Shown: positions 28,405-39,153 of the stretch, piece by piece
Layout: each line of letters begins with the position of its first letter
Numbering within the stretch: position 1 is the stretch's first letter
Source: Acidimicrobiia bacterium
GTDB lineage: Bacteria > Actinomycetota > Acidimicrobiia > Spongiisociales > ZC4RG35
Direction: 5' to 3'
Assembly: GCA_965215185.1 (NCBI GenBank)
Contig: OZ244034.1
Coordinates: forward strand, 1,664,001 to 1,728,000
DNA: 64,000 nt
The notes under the pieces: generated by a model
Database searches by the model: none
What the model was told of the DNA's origin: nothing
Seen by the model: the letters and a program-made list of their open reading frames with translations, nothing else
Translations under genes and position numbers: made by a program

Positions 28405-31400
28405 ATGGATACTTTGGCGCTTGAGAAGTTCGCTCCCGCCACCCGGGCCTGGTTCGAGGCAGCTTTCGACGCTCCCACCGCCGCCCAAGCCCGCGGTTGG
28501 CCTGCCATCGCCTCCGGCGCTCACACCCTGATCCAGGCGCCCACCGGCTCGGGAAAGACACTGGCCGCCTTCCTGTGGACCCTCGATCAACTGTGTCACC
28601 AGCCGCTGCCGCCCTCTGCCCGGCGATGCCGGGTGCTCTACATCTCCCCGCTCAAGGCACTGGCATACGACATTGATCGCAATCTGCGGGCGCCCCTGAC
28701 CGGGATCCGCCACACCACCCTCCGACTGGGTCTTCCGCCACCGCCGAGTATCACCACCTTCATGCGCACCGGGGATACTCCCGCCTCGGAGCGCCAGCGA
28801 ATGCTGCGCCGGCCCCCCGACATCCTCATCACCACTCCCGAGTCCCTGTATTTGATGCTCACCTCCGCGGCCCGGCAGCGGTTGACCTCGGTGCAGTGGG
28901 TAATAGTCGACGAAGTGCATGCGGTGGCGGGAAACAAGCGGGGCGCCCATTTGGCCGTATCTTTGGAACGACTGGAGGAGATCGCCGAAACCTCCCCCCA
29001 GCGGATCGGGCTGTCAGCCACCCAACGCCCTCTCCAAACCATCGCCCAGTTTCTGGGCGGGGGAAACGTAGCCCAACCAGATGCTCCGTGGCGGCCCCGT
29101 CCGGTAACCATCATCAATGCGGAGCATCGCCGTCCCCTCGATCTGGAATTGGTGGTGCCCAGCCGGGACATGACCCGCCCCGAGGTGGGTTCGGACAACG
29201 AACCGGGGACCCGGTCCATCTGGCCGTCCATCTACCAGCGGCTGCTGGAACTGGTCAACGAGCACACCTCCACCATCGTTTTCACCAACAGCCGACGGCT
29301 GGCCGAACGAGTATGCGCTGAATTGAACAACCTCGCCGAACGAGAAATCGCCCGCGCCCACCACGGATCGGTGGCCCGCAGCCGCCGCCTGGAGATCGAA
29401 GACGGCCTGAAAAGAGGTGAACTGCGGGCGGTGGTGGCCACCTCCTCGCTGGAGTTGGGGATCGACATGGGAGCCGTCGATCTGGTCGTGCAAATCGAGT
29501 CGCCTCCCGGGGTGGCCTCCGGGCTGCAGCGGGTGGGGAGATCCGGCCACCAAGTCGGCGGAACCAGCCGGGCCAAGCTGTTTCCCAAATATCGCGGTGA
29601 CCTGCTCACTTCCACCGTGGTGGCCCAACGAATGCGAGATGGGGAGGTCGAGCACACCGTCATCCCTCGCAACCCCCTGGATGTGGCCGCGCAGCAACTG
29701 GTGGCCGCGGTGGTTACCGCCGAACGCACCGTCGACGACCTTCATCTCCTGCTGCGCCGCGCCGCTCCCTTCGCCGAACTCTCCCGAGAGGTGTTCCTCG
29801 CCACCTTGGACATGCTGGCCGGCCGTTACCCGTCCGATCTTTTCGCCGAACTGCGGCCCCGGTTGGTCTGGGACCGGGTGTCCGACGTCGTCACCGCCCG
29901 GACCGGGGCCAGGCAACTGGCCGTGACTAATGCCGGCGTCATTCCTGATCGGGGCCTGTACCGGGTGCAACTCCCGGACGGAAGTCGGGTGGGCGAATTG
30001 GACGAGGAGATGGTGTATGAGTCACGACCGGGCGACGTCTTTCTACTCGGATCCACCTCCTGGCGGATCGTCGAGATCACCCATGACCGCATCGAGGTCA
30101 CCCCGGCGCCGGGGGTGACCGCCCAGATGCCGTTTTGGCGGGGAGATTCCATAGGGCGCTCGGCGGAGACCGGGCTGGCCATTGGCCGGTTCCTCAGGCA
30201 AATGTCCGCCCTGTCTCCCCGTGAGGCCGAACGCCGCCTCATCGACCGTCAGGGACTGGACGAATGGGCCGCGCAGAATCTGGTTTCCTACTTGGAGGAC
30301 CAGCGGGCATCGGGAAGCGTTATCCCCAACGACCGCACGCTGGTGGTTGAACACTTCCGCGATGAGATCGGGGATTGGAGAATGGTGGTGCTCTCTCCCC
30401 TGGGAGCGCGGGTCCACGCTCCGTGGGCCATGGCCGTGATGGATCACCTCCGTCCCCGTTATGGAACCGATCTTGATGCGGCCTGGTCCGACGACGGCAT
30501 AATTTTCCGGTTTCCGGATTCGGACCAACCTCCCTCCGCTGACGAGATTCTGCTCAGCCCGGACGAAGTCTCCGACCTTCTCATGAAACACCTGCCGGGC
30601 ACTGCCCTGTTCGCCTCCCGGTTTCGGGAAGCGGCGGGGCGGGCGCTACTGCTGCCCCGCCGGCGCCCGGGACATCGCACCCCCCTGTGGCTGCAGCGGC
30701 GCCGAGCGGCCGACCTGTTGTCGGTTGCCCGGAGATTCGACTCCTTTCCGATCATCCTCGAGACTTACCGAGAGGTCCTACAGGACGATTTCGACCTGCC
30801 CTTCCTGCGGTCTCTGCTCTCTGACCTTCGCAGCCGAAAACTCCGCTTGGTGGAAGTCGAACTCCCCCAGGCGTCACCCTTCTCCTCCTCCCTCATGCAG
30901 GCCTTCTTGGCGGGGTTCCTCTATGACACCGACGGCCCCGCCGCGGAGAGAAAGGCCATGGCCATCACTTTGGATCGTCACCTTCTCTCCCAACTATTGG
31001 GGGAAGGAGAGATCGGTGAACTCATCTCCCCGGAGGTAACCGCCTCCCTGGAGTTGGAACTGCAGCATCTCACCCCGCAACGCCAGGTGCGCGGGGCCGA
31101 CGCCATCCATGACCTGCTTCGGCGGCTGGGACCTTTCAACCTCACCGACCTGGAGTTGCGGGCTGCCGGGGCGGGCCCTGCTTTAGATGAACTGAAGAAA
31201 GCCCGCCGAGTGATCGAGGTGCGGTTGGCGGCCCGCCCGGTTTGGGCGGCGGTCGAGGATGCCGCTCGTTTGCGCGACGCCTTGGGCTGCCAACTCCCGC
31301 CCGGGGTTCCAGACGTCTTCTCCACACCCGTGGAAGACCCGCTCGGAGATGTGGTCGCCCGCTACGCCCGCACCCATGCTCCGTTCCCCGCTTCCCAAGC

Positions 31401-32826
31401 CGCCACCGCCCTGGGACTGCCCACCTCGGTAGTGGAGGAAGTCCTGTCCCGATTGGCGGGCGAGGACCGAGTTGTCAACGGAAGCTTCTCCGTCGGTGGG
31501 CCGCCCGAATGGGTGGATGTCGAGGTGCTTCGAAGGTTGAAGCGTCGCTCCCTGGCCTTGCTCCGCCGCCAGGTGGAGCCGGTTGATTCCGCGGCACTCG
31601 CCCGGTTTCTCACCGGCTGGCACCGGATAGTCGAGCAACCCTCGGGCGGTTTGGGGTCATTGATCGGGACCATCTCCCAAATACAGGGTTATCCGGTGCC
31701 GGCCTCCATGCTGGAAAGCGACATTCTCGCCGTCCGTCATCCTCGGCCCTCCGGCAGGCTCGATCAACTCTTGGCTGAGGGAAGGGTTATCTGGATGGGA
31801 AAGGGAGCTTTGGGCCGTCGGGATGGAAAAATCGCTCTCTATCTTCGCCACCAATTCTCTCAACTGGATTCCGGGCCTTCGCCCGATCCCCCCGACCAGC
31901 CACTCCATAAAGCAATCCTGGACCACTTGGAGCGCAGAGGAGCGTCCTTTTTCGGGGAGATATTCCACGCCGCGGGCACCGAAGAGCTCTCGGAAGTGGT
32001 CGACTCGCTGTGGGACCTGGTGTGGGCGGGGTTGGTCACCAACGACAGTCTCCACCCTCTTCGGGCCCACCTGCACGCCCGGCGATCCCCTACCGGACGT
32101 CGCAGGAAAGTGTCGTTTCCCCCCGATACAGCCGGTCGCTGGTCACTGCTGCCCCGCCAACCCGTATCCGCCCCGGTCTCGGACACCGAGCAATACGCCT
32201 CGTGGGCCGCCCAGCTATTGGAGCGACACGGAATCGTAACGCGCTCGGTGGTGGCGTCCGAAGGGCTACGGGGAGGCTTTACCGCTCTTTATCCGGTGTT
32301 GAGGCGCATGGAAGAAACCGGGAAGGCTCGCCGCGGCTACTTCACAGAGGGATTGGGAGGCGCCCAATTCGCTTTGGCCGGCGCAGTTGACAGGCTCCGC
32401 GAAGAGCCGGAACCGGCACTGGTGATATTGGCCGCAACGGATCCGGCTAATCCCTACGGGGCGGCGCTTTCCTGGCCCAAACTCCCCGAGGTCCGATTTG
32501 CCAGGGCGGCAGGGTGTCATGTGGCTCTATGGGGCGGGAGACTGGCGGCCTTCTTGAACCATCATCGGCTGGCTGTGCTGGAATCAAGCGGCATTCCCCA
32601 GGAAACGCTGGCTGATGGACTGGCCACCCTGGCCGGTCGCAGTCGCAGGTTTCGGATCAACCGGATCAACCAGATGCCGGCCTCCGAGCACCCCCTGGCC
32701 GACGCTCTGACCAACCGGGGGTTCGTGATCAGCCTGACCGGCTTGGCTTTTCCCCCCTCCCTACGACGCTACCGGGCAGTCGTTTCGGAGGGATCCGGGC
32801 AGGGTCGAGACTCCGGCCAAGCGTAG
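28405..32826 (+). CDS. lhr: Lhr-family DEAD/H helicase (long form)
   Basis: APTGSGKTLAAF, ITTPESL, VDEVH, SSLELGIDMG, C-terminal ATDPANPYG; ATG at 28405. Confidence 0.96.
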   Translation: MDTLALEKFAPATRAWFEAAFDAPTAAQARGWPAIASGAHTLIQAPTGSGKTLAAFLWTLDQLCHQPLPPSARRCRVLYISPLKALAYDIDRNLRAPLTGIRHTTLRLGLPPPPSITTFMRTGDTPASERQRMLRRPPDILITTPESLYLMLTSAARQRLTSVQWVIVDEVHAVAGNKRGAHLAVSLERLEEIAETSPQRIGLSATQRPLQTIAQFLGGGNVAQPDAPWRPRPVTIINAEHRRPLDLELVVPSRDMTRPEVGSDNEPGTRSIWPSIYQRLLELVNEHTSTIVFTNSRRLAERVCAELNNLAEREIARAHHGSVARSRRLEIEDGLKRGELRAVVATSSLELGIDMGAVDLVVQIESPPGVASGLQRVGRSGHQVGGTSRAKLFPKYRGDLLTSTVVAQRMRDGEVEHTVIPRNPLDVAAQQLVAAVVTAERTVDDLHLLLRRAAPFAELSREVFLATLDMLAGRYPSDLFAELRPRLVWDRVSDVVTARTGARQLAVTNAGVIPDRGLYRVQLPDGSRVGELDEEMVYESRPGDVFLLGSTSWRIVEITHDRIEVTPAPGVTAQMPFWRGDSIGRSAETGLAIGRFLRQMSALSPREAERRLIDRQGLDEWAAQNLVSYLEDQRASGSVIPNDRTLVVEHFRDEIGDWRMVVLSPLGARVHAPWAMAVMDHLRPRYGTDLDAAWSDDGIIFRFPDSDQPPSADEILLSPDEVSDLLMKHLPGTALFASRFREAAGRALLLPRRRPGHRTPLWLQRRRAADLLSVARRFDSFPIILETYREVLQDDFDLPFLRSLLSDLRSRKLRLVEVELPQASPFSSSLMQAFLAGFLYDTDGPAAERKAMAITLDRHLLSQLLGEGEIGELISPEVTASLELELQHLTPQRQVRGADAIHDLLRRLGPFNLTDLELRAAGAGPALDELKKARRVIEVRLAARPVWAAVEDAARLRDALGCQLPPGVPDVFSTPVEDPLGDVVARYARTHAPFPASQAATALGLPTSVVEEVLSRLAGEDRVVNGSFSVGGPPEWVDVEVLRRLKRRSLALLRRQVEPVDSAALARFLTGWHRIVEQPSGGLGSLIGTISQIQGYPVPASMLESDILAVRHPRPSGRLDQLLAEGRVIWMGKGALGRRDGKIALYLRHQFSQLDSGPSPDPPDQPLHKAILDHLERRGASFFGEIFHAAGTEELSEVVDSLWDLVWAGLVTNDSLHPLRAHLHARRSPTGRRRKVSFPPDTAGRWSLLPRQPVSAPVSDTEQYASWAAQLLERHGIVTRSVVASEGLRGGFTALYPVLRRMEETGKARRGYFTEGLGGAQFALAGAVDRLREEPEPALVILAATDPANPYGAALSWPKLPEVRFARAAGCHVALWGGRLAAFLNHHRLAVLESSGIPQETLADGLATLAGRSRRFRINRINQMPASEHPLADALTNRGFVISLTGLAFPPSLRRYRAVVSEGSGQGRDSGQA

Positions 32827-33584
32827 AACACCCAGCAGGTAGGTTCCGGGATAGGTACGGACAAGCACATGGCCTCGAACCGATACCCGGCTTCGGTCAG
32901 GCCGGCAAGTATCACCCCCAAAGCGGCGACGGTCCGATCCCGGGGTCCGCCCCCATCATGGAGAAGCACAACCGACCCCGGCGTCACCCCTCGCAGCACC
33001 CTTCTTGCGATTCCGTCTGAAGAGATATCGGTCCAGTCAATCCCGCTCACATCCCACATCACAATATCCAGATCTATCTCTGCCGCCCATTGCCGCATTG
33101 TGGAATTGACCGCGGCATAAGGAGGTCTCATGCAGGTGGCCCGCATTCTGACTGTGTCCCGCAGGACGTCCTGCGTCCGATCGGTGTCGACCGTTAACTG
33201 TTTGAGGTTGAATTTGGTGAGATTGTCATGACCCCAAGAGTGCATCTGAAGCGAGTGTCCCTCGGAAGCGATACGCCGGGCGACCTCCGGCCATCTGCTC
33301 ACCATACTCCCCACCACAAAGAAGGTGGCTTGCACACCATAGGCAGCCAAAACATCCAGCACCTGAGGCGTGTAAACCGGATGGGGACCGTCATCAAAGG
33401 TGATATACACCACCGGCGCCGGGTCTGTTTGAGATCCGGCCTGCCCCACTTGGGCACTGTGATGGGACGCAAGCGCCCGGTCCGGAGGGGAGGCGGCGGC
33501 CACGCCCGACCACAGCATTCCCAAACCCAGCAAACCGGCCAAAAAGGCGGTTCCAACCGCCGGGATGCCCCTCAATCGGATCAC
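32769..33584 (-). CDS. Secreted polysaccharide deacetylase (CE4)
   Basis: TFDDGP, HSWGH, RPPY, LLHD; signal peptide. Confidence 0.92.
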   Translation of the reverse strand: MIRLRGIPAVGTAFLAGLLGLGMLWSGVAAASPPDRALASHHSAQVGQAGSQTDPAPVVYITFDDGPHPVYTPQVLDVLAAYGVQATFFVVGSMVSRWPEVARRIASEGHSLQMHSWGHDNLTKFNLKQLTVDTDRTQDVLRDTVRMRATCMRPPYAAVNSTMRQWAAEIDLDIVMWDVSGIDWTDISSDGIARRVLRGVTPGSVVLLHDGGGPRDRTVAALGVILAGLTEAGYRFEAMCLSVPIPEPTCWVFYAWPESRPCPDPSETTAR

Positions 33585-33773
33585 TACAGTGCCAATGCTA
33601 TACCCCCATTGGTAAGCCTCTGAAGAGCTATAACCTGGGCTCTCGGAGCGAGGACATCCACCTCAACCCTGGTGGATTTGCTGAGCACCCTCATCTGCCG
33701 GCCGTGCTCCATGATCGCCGCCTTCTCCCCGGAGACAGGCCCGACCGTCACAGTGACTGCGATCAACTCTCGT

Positions 33774-36341
33774 TCAGTTGATCCCCAACTCCTCCGGAAC
33801 AATCAGTACTTCCCTGGCCTTCGACCCCTGAGATGGTCCCACCACTCCGCGCCGCTCCAGAATGTCCATTAGTCTGCCTGCTCGGGCAAACCCCACGCGC
33901 AGCTTTCTTTGCAGCATCGAAGTAGAACCAAGTTGTGACCGTACCACCAACTCCATGGCGCGCTTGATCAACTCCTCATCATCATTGTCCTCAGGAGAAG
34001 TTTGAGTTGACCGTGCGGTCAAGGCATTGTCCAATACCTGGTCCAGCCGTTTATCGGGTTGACGCTGTTTGTTGATCCAGGAAACCACCGCGGCTATCTC
34101 CGATTCCTCCACCCACGCTCCCTGCACCCGCTGGGGCCGTGGGTGGCGAGCGGTCACCACCAACATGTCTCCCCGCCCCACCAGCTTCTCCGCTCCCACC
34201 GAATCTAGGATCACCCGGCTGTCGGTCTGGGAGGTCACGCTGAACGCCAGCCGGGAGGGGACATTGGCCTTGATGACCCCTGTGATGACATTTACCGATG
34301 GGCGCTGAGTGGCCAGCACCAGATGAATCCCCACTGCCCGGGCCATTTGAGCGATCCGCACGATGGCCATCTCCACCTCCCGCCCGGACACCATCATCAA
34401 GTCATTGAGTTCGTCCACCACCACTACCAGATAGGGGAAGCGATCGAATTTTTTCGGATCGAGCATCCCGTTCTTCCATTTGGCCGCATAGCCCGAGATG
34501 TCTCGTACTTTGGCCTCGGCCAACAGGTCATACCGGCGATCCATTTCCGACACCACCCACTTGAGCGCCTCGGAGGCTTTCTTCGGATCGGTGATCACCC
34601 GGGTCAGCAGATGAGGAACGCCTTGGTATTGCCGCAATTCCACACGTTTGGGGTCCACCAGGATCAATTTGAGATCCTCGGGGCGGGTTCTCATCAGAAG
34701 GGAGGTGATGATCGAATTGATACACGACGACTTGCCGGCGCCGGTAGCCCCGGCAATAAGCACATGGGGAAGCTCTCCCAAATTGAGCAGGGAAGGCTTG
34801 CCGCCAATGTCCATTCCCAGCCCCACCATCAGGGGGTGAGTATCCCTTTTCGCCTGTGGACTGGACAGGATGTCCCCCAGCCTCACCAGGTGACGCCGGA
34901 CATTGGGCACCTCCACGCCGATGGCTGATCGGCCCGGTATGGGAACGATCAGCCGCACGTCCGGTGTGGCCAAGGCATAGGCGATGTCATGGGAGAGCGC
35001 CGATAACTTCTGCACTTTTACTCCCGCCGCCAGTTTGATTTCGAAGCGGGTAATCGAAGGGCCAGTCACCATACCGCTGATCCGGGCATCCACTCCATGA
35101 TCGGCCAGAGCTTGGCGCAGCGCACCAGCCGTCCTCTCCAGGCTGTCCTCATCGCCTCTTACCCTTCCTCCCCTGCTTAATAGTTCGAGTGGGGGATGCT
35201 GGTAGGAAGTGGAATCGACCTTGTCGGAGCCGTGGACCTCTTTTTCCACCGAAGACGGTTTGGCCTTCGAATCGGCCGTTCCACCAACCCGCCCATTCTT
35301 CTCGGGGAGATCAGAGACTCTGGGAGGAGAGTCCTTTACCAATGCGAGACGAGGTCTTTGCGCATTGCCGACCTCCTCCTCCGCCGCCGGGTCTTCCTGC
35401 TCCATTTCCTGATCGGACGCCAACGGCTCCGAGAGTTCCTCCATCTCCATCGGCAGGTCTTCGTCCGCCGCCATTGGGCTTTCCACGTCCGCCACAGGAC
35501 CGGGCACCTGAATCACCGTAGCGATCGGCCAGGGACCCTCAGCAGCCGCCTTTCTTCCCCATCGTGAGCGGGGAGACCGACCGGACCTGCGAACGGATTT
35601 GGCCGGCGGGGCCTGCGAAGGTCGTCGGGAGACAGTTTTGGTTTGCTGGGTTCGGTACGCTTCCCGGCGCCGCCGAGAGGCTTGCCTTGTCAACTTCAAC
35701 AGATCGCCCCAAGCCAATAGGAACTCCTTGAGGGAGGTCTTGGTGACCATCAGGACACTGGTGGTCACACCTATCACCAAGATCACAAAGGTCGCCGCTG
35801 TGCCCATCGCTCGATGCAGGGGGAAGGCAATCAGGGCGCCCACCACCCCCCCACGGTCCCGGACGGCCTCGGCGCCGCTGGCCAGGGGCGGGGCGCCGGT
35901 CAGTAGATGGAAAAGGCCCAGAGTTGAAACGAAGAACACCGCCACGCTGAAAAAGAGCCGCCGTTTGCTCACGGCCGGCTTGCCCAGAACCAATACCAAA
36001 CCCATGCCCAGGAGAGCGAGAGGGCCGAGGGGCGACCACTGGCCCAACATGTAGGAAAGCGCTTCCTTTATCGCTCCTCCCAATTCGCCACCCGCACCAA
36101 CCAAGAAGAGGGTGGAGAAAAGCGAAAGCAACAACAGCACCCCTCCCCACACCTCGGACGATAGGTTGCCCATCCGAGACTGGGCGGCCGACCACAAACG
36201 GACACGCCAAGGCAATTTTGGCTTCGAAGGTTTCGCCGGTCGCTGGGGAGCCGATTTTCCCCTGACCGATTTCTTGGTTTTTTGAAGGGACTCCCGCCGC
36301 CGCCCGCTTTTCCTACGACGGGTGGGTGTCCGTGTTGTCAC
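33774..36341 (-). CDS. ftsK: DNA translocase FtsK
   Basis: N-terminal transmembrane segments; AGATGAGKS, ATQRPS, STSMLQRKLRVGFARAGRL. Confidence 0.98.
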   Translation of the reverse strand: MTTRTPTRRRKSGRRRESLQKTKKSVRGKSAPQRPAKPSKPKLPWRVRLWSAAQSRMGNLSSEVWGGVLLLLSLFSTLFLVGAGGELGGAIKEALSYMLGQWSPLGPLALLGMGLVLVLGKPAVSKRRLFFSVAVFFVSTLGLFHLLTGAPPLASGAEAVRDRGGVVGALIAFPLHRAMGTAATFVILVIGVTTSVLMVTKTSLKEFLLAWGDLLKLTRQASRRRREAYRTQQTKTVSRRPSQAPPAKSVRRSGRSPRSRWGRKAAAEGPWPIATVIQVPGPVADVESPMAADEDLPMEMEELSEPLASDQEMEQEDPAAEEEVGNAQRPRLALVKDSPPRVSDLPEKNGRVGGTADSKAKPSSVEKEVHGSDKVDSTSYQHPPLELLSRGGRVRGDEDSLERTAGALRQALADHGVDARISGMVTGPSITRFEIKLAAGVKVQKLSALSHDIAYALATPDVRLIVPIPGRSAIGVEVPNVRRHLVRLGDILSSPQAKRDTHPLMVGLGMDIGGKPSLLNLGELPHVLIAGATGAGKSSCINSIITSLLMRTRPEDLKLILVDPKRVELRQYQGVPHLLTRVITDPKKASEALKWVVSEMDRRYDLLAEAKVRDISGYAAKWKNGMLDPKKFDRFPYLVVVVDELNDLMMVSGREVEMAIVRIAQMARAVGIHLVLATQRPSVNVITGVIKANVPSRLAFSVTSQTDSRVILDSVGAEKLVGRGDMLVVTARHPRPQRVQGAWVEESEIAAVVSWINKQRQPDKRLDQVLDNALTARSTQTSPEDNDDEELIKRAMELVVRSQLGSTSMLQRKLRVGFARAGRLMDILERRGVVGPSQGSKAREVLIVPEELGIN

Positions 36342-36424
36342 GTTCTAATCTATTTTAGATGAGGTCCCCGCCTCACCGGCGGTTTTGGCCTGGGGAATGG
36401 TTTGCTCCGGTGTTGCGAGGCCGT

Positions 36425-37153
36425 TCAGGACGCCGAGTTTGCGAAGGGAAGCAGGCCCTGGGGGTCAGGACGTCGGTAACGGGGGACACCCGTCCACACC
36501 AATCCATCCATGAATACCCAGGACCGGCGGTGGATAACGCTTGGGCCGCAGGCGTGAAGAGCCGCCTTGTGGACCGGGCATGGATACCCTTTGTTGTCTT
36601 CGAAGTTGTAGGCGGGAAAGCGGGGGGACTCGTTCATCATGATGCGGTCTCGGGTCACTTTGGCCAGTATGGAGGCAGCCGCGATGGACAGTGATGTCCG
36701 ATCACCTCCCACCAGCGTTCGAGTATGGGGGTGACCCACGAAATCCCAACTGCCGTCCACCAACACTCCATCGACCGGAAATGGGAGGCCGGCCAGCGCC
36801 CGGCCAGCCGCCACACGTTGCGCCTCCGACATCCCCAACCGGTCACATTCGGCGGCGCTGGCATGTCCTACCGACCACGCTACACACCAGTGGGCGATGC
36901 GGTCGAACAGGGCCTCCCGCTCCTGGGGTCGCAACAGCTTTGAGTCCCTGATCTTGTACACCCTCCGGTCCTGAGGCACCACCGCTGCTCCCACCGTGAT
37001 CGGACCGGCCCATGCTCCTCTACCCACCTCGTCCATCCCCACCACGATCCGCCGACCGGTCTTCCACATTTCCCGTTCGACCTTCAACCCAGGAGGATGG
37101 GAAACAATGGATTTCCGTAGCCGGGGAACGGTGGTCACCACCCTGCCCAGCAT
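36425..37153 (-). CDS. rnhB: Ribonuclease HII
   Basis: GMDEVGRG, DSKLL, IAAASILAKVTRD, NKGY. Confidence 0.95.
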   Translation of the reverse strand: MLGRVVTTVPRLRKSIVSHPPGLKVEREMWKTGRRIVVGMDEVGRGAWAGPITVGAAVVPQDRRVYKIRDSKLLRPQEREALFDRIAHWCVAWSVGHASAAECDRLGMSEAQRVAAGRALAGLPFPVDGVLVDGSWDFVGHPHTRTLVGGDRTSLSIAAASILAKVTRDRIMMNESPRFPAYNFEDNKGYPCPVHKAALHACGPSVIHRRSWVFMDGLVWTGVPRYRRPDPQGLLPFANSAS

Positions 37154-37282
37154 AGGCGTTCAGAACCCTCCATCAGGTCCTTGCCAGCCCCATTGTGGCG
37201 CATTGCAACCCTCCGATTCTTGTGGGTGTGAAAGAACAGACTCATCGCTTTTGAAGTAACGGGATGCCGGACCCATCAAACG

Positions 37283-37437
37283 TCCCACCCCGACTGCGAC
37301 GCTGTCCACAGCAAACATCGATACCGATGGTCCGGGCGGTGCCGATCATCACCGAACATGGCTTCCCGGAGGACTCCAAGGACCCCGCCTGCACCTGATT
37401 CGGGGAACGGAACGGCGCCGGCGGGTCGGGATTGGGA
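37283..37437. ncRNA. Candidate structured ncRNA, 6S-like rod with central bubble
   Basis: Ends pair (CCCACCCCGAC with GTCGGGATTGGG); further stems flank an unpaired centre; intergenic; strand uncertain. Confidence 0.45.
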
Positions 37438-37512
37438 AACCCAGTAAATGGTTGTTGCGGGTAGAGATCGCCAAAAAAATGTCACCGTCCTGTCCACACG
37501 GAAGCGGGGCCT

Positions 37513-38049
37513 TTAGTTGAGTTGGGGATCAATCGGCATGGTGGCCAGCAGGGAAATCTTTCCACCTTGGCGGCCCAGCACCTCGGCCCACAGCCCGCCG
37601 GGCGAGGCTGAGAAGACATCTCTGGCAAATGCCGGCACACTTATCCAGGATTCGTCCTCCATCTCATCCTCCAACTGGCCTGGTCCCCAACCCGAATAGC
37701 CGGCAAAGACACGGAGGCGGCCTGGTATCGAATCTGGCGCACCCTCACCCAGGTTGACCATGCCCAATCCCGGAACTGAAGTTGTGTCCACCCCGGAATC
37801 GCCAGTCTCGCGCAGCCCAATCGCCACCTGCTGCTCCACCGGTCCGCCTTGAAAGACCACCGGTGGAGAGGCCAACCTATCCGTCCACTCGGGAAGATGA
37901 TCCACCACCATCTCCTCGGTGGGGCGATTGATGACCAAACCCATCGCCCCATGCTCGTCATGGTTCAATAGCACCAGCACCGTGCGGACAAAATTGGGGT
38001 CGATCAACCGGGGTGACGCAACCAAAAGGTATCCCGCCAGGTATGTCAT
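37513..38049 (-). CDS. YqgE/AlgH family protein
   Basis: DPNFVRTV, GAMGLVINRP, GGPV, GYSGWGPGQLEDE. Confidence 0.95.
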   Translation of the reverse strand: MTYLAGYLLVASPRLIDPNFVRTVLVLLNHDEHGAMGLVINRPTEEMVVDHLPEWTDRLASPPVVFQGGPVEQQVAIGLRETGDSGVDTTSVPGLGMVNLGEGAPDSIPGRLRVFAGYSGWGPGQLEDEMEDESWISVPAFARDVFSASPGGLWAEVLGRQGGKISLLATMPIDPQLN

Positions 38050-38090
38050 GCTCCTAATGTTGGCGGGAACCCTTTTCCAACCAAATTCAA

Positions 38091-39149
38091 ATGCTGCGTC
38101 ATCTTCCCAAAGTCATCCTACATGAGCATCTCGACGGAAGTTTGCGACCCCACACCCTCCACCAGTTGGCACTGACCGCCGGGCGCCGCTTACCGGTGGA
38201 GGACCCCGACCAACTGGGAGACTGGTTCCACCAATCAGGCGCTCACAGTCTGGAGAGATACCTCCAGGCCTTCGCTCACACGGTGGGAGTCATGCAGACC
38301 CGAACCGCCCTGCGACGGGTGGCCGCCGAGGCAGTGGAGGATCTGTCCTTTCATGGCGTGGTCTACGCCGAGATCAGGTTTGCTCCCCACCTTCACATCC
38401 ATGAGGGTCTCAGCCCCGTCCAAGTTGTTGAGGCGGTGGCCGAAGGACTGACGGCCGGCGCCCGGAGCACCGGTATGCAATGGTCTTTGATTCTCTGCTC
38501 CCTCCGTCACACCTCCACCTCTTTGGAGACGGCTCGGCTGGCCGCCAGTACCGCCCGATTGGGAGTGATGGGCTTCGATCTGGCCGGTCCCGAGGCCGGC
38601 TACCCGGCTGTCGAACACCTGCCGGCCATCGAAGCAGCGCTGAACTCGGGCCTCCGGGTGACCCTCCACGCCGGGGAAGCGGCCGGGGTGGGCAGCATCC
38701 GGGATGCCTTGGTGTGTGGGGCAGAACGGATTGGACACGGAGTGGAGGTGATCGAGGACTGCCGCATCACCTCTGGTGAGATTCGGAACATGGGACCGGT
38801 CGCAACCGAGGTGTATGAACGGCAAGTGCCGCTGGAGGTTTGCATCAAGTCGAACCTGGACACCAAAGGATGGAAGGCGGATCGCCATCCGGTGGGAATG
38901 CTCCATCGGGCCGGATTCGCGGTGACTCTCAACACCGACAATCGATTGATGAGCAGCACCTCTCCCACCGCAGAATTCTCACTGGCGGTTAACCACCAAG
39001 GTTTTGGGATCAACGACTTGGCCACGGTCACCCGTCGCGCCCTGGAAGGGGCTTTCTGCGATGAGCGCCACAAAGGCTACCTCTGGGAACGGCGGATCGC
39101 CCCCGCCTACCGGGCCGCTGGCGCCACTGTCACCCCTTGGAGTTCTTAG
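38091..39149 (+). CDS. add: Adenosine deaminase
   Basis: LPKVILHEHLDGS, HAGEAAG, RIGHG, NTDNRLMS. Confidence 0.95.
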   Translation: MLRHLPKVILHEHLDGSLRPHTLHQLALTAGRRLPVEDPDQLGDWFHQSGAHSLERYLQAFAHTVGVMQTRTALRRVAAEAVEDLSFHGVVYAEIRFAPHLHIHEGLSPVQVVEAVAEGLTAGARSTGMQWSLILCSLRHTSTSLETARLAASTARLGVMGFDLAGPEAGYPAVEHLPAIEAALNSGLRVTLHAGEAAGVGSIRDALVCGAERIGHGVEVIEDCRITSGEIRNMGPVATEVYERQVPLEVCIKSNLDTKGWKADRHPVGMLHRAGFAVTLNTDNRLMSSTSPTAEFSLAVNHQGFGINDLATVTRRALEGAFCDERHKGYLWERRIAPAYRAAGATVTPWSS

Positions 39150-39153
39150 CAGT

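Noticed and set aside
33584-33802. 72-aa ORF between ftsK and the deacetylase
   Set aside because: No recognisable motif and its start lies inside ftsK; cannot be supported.
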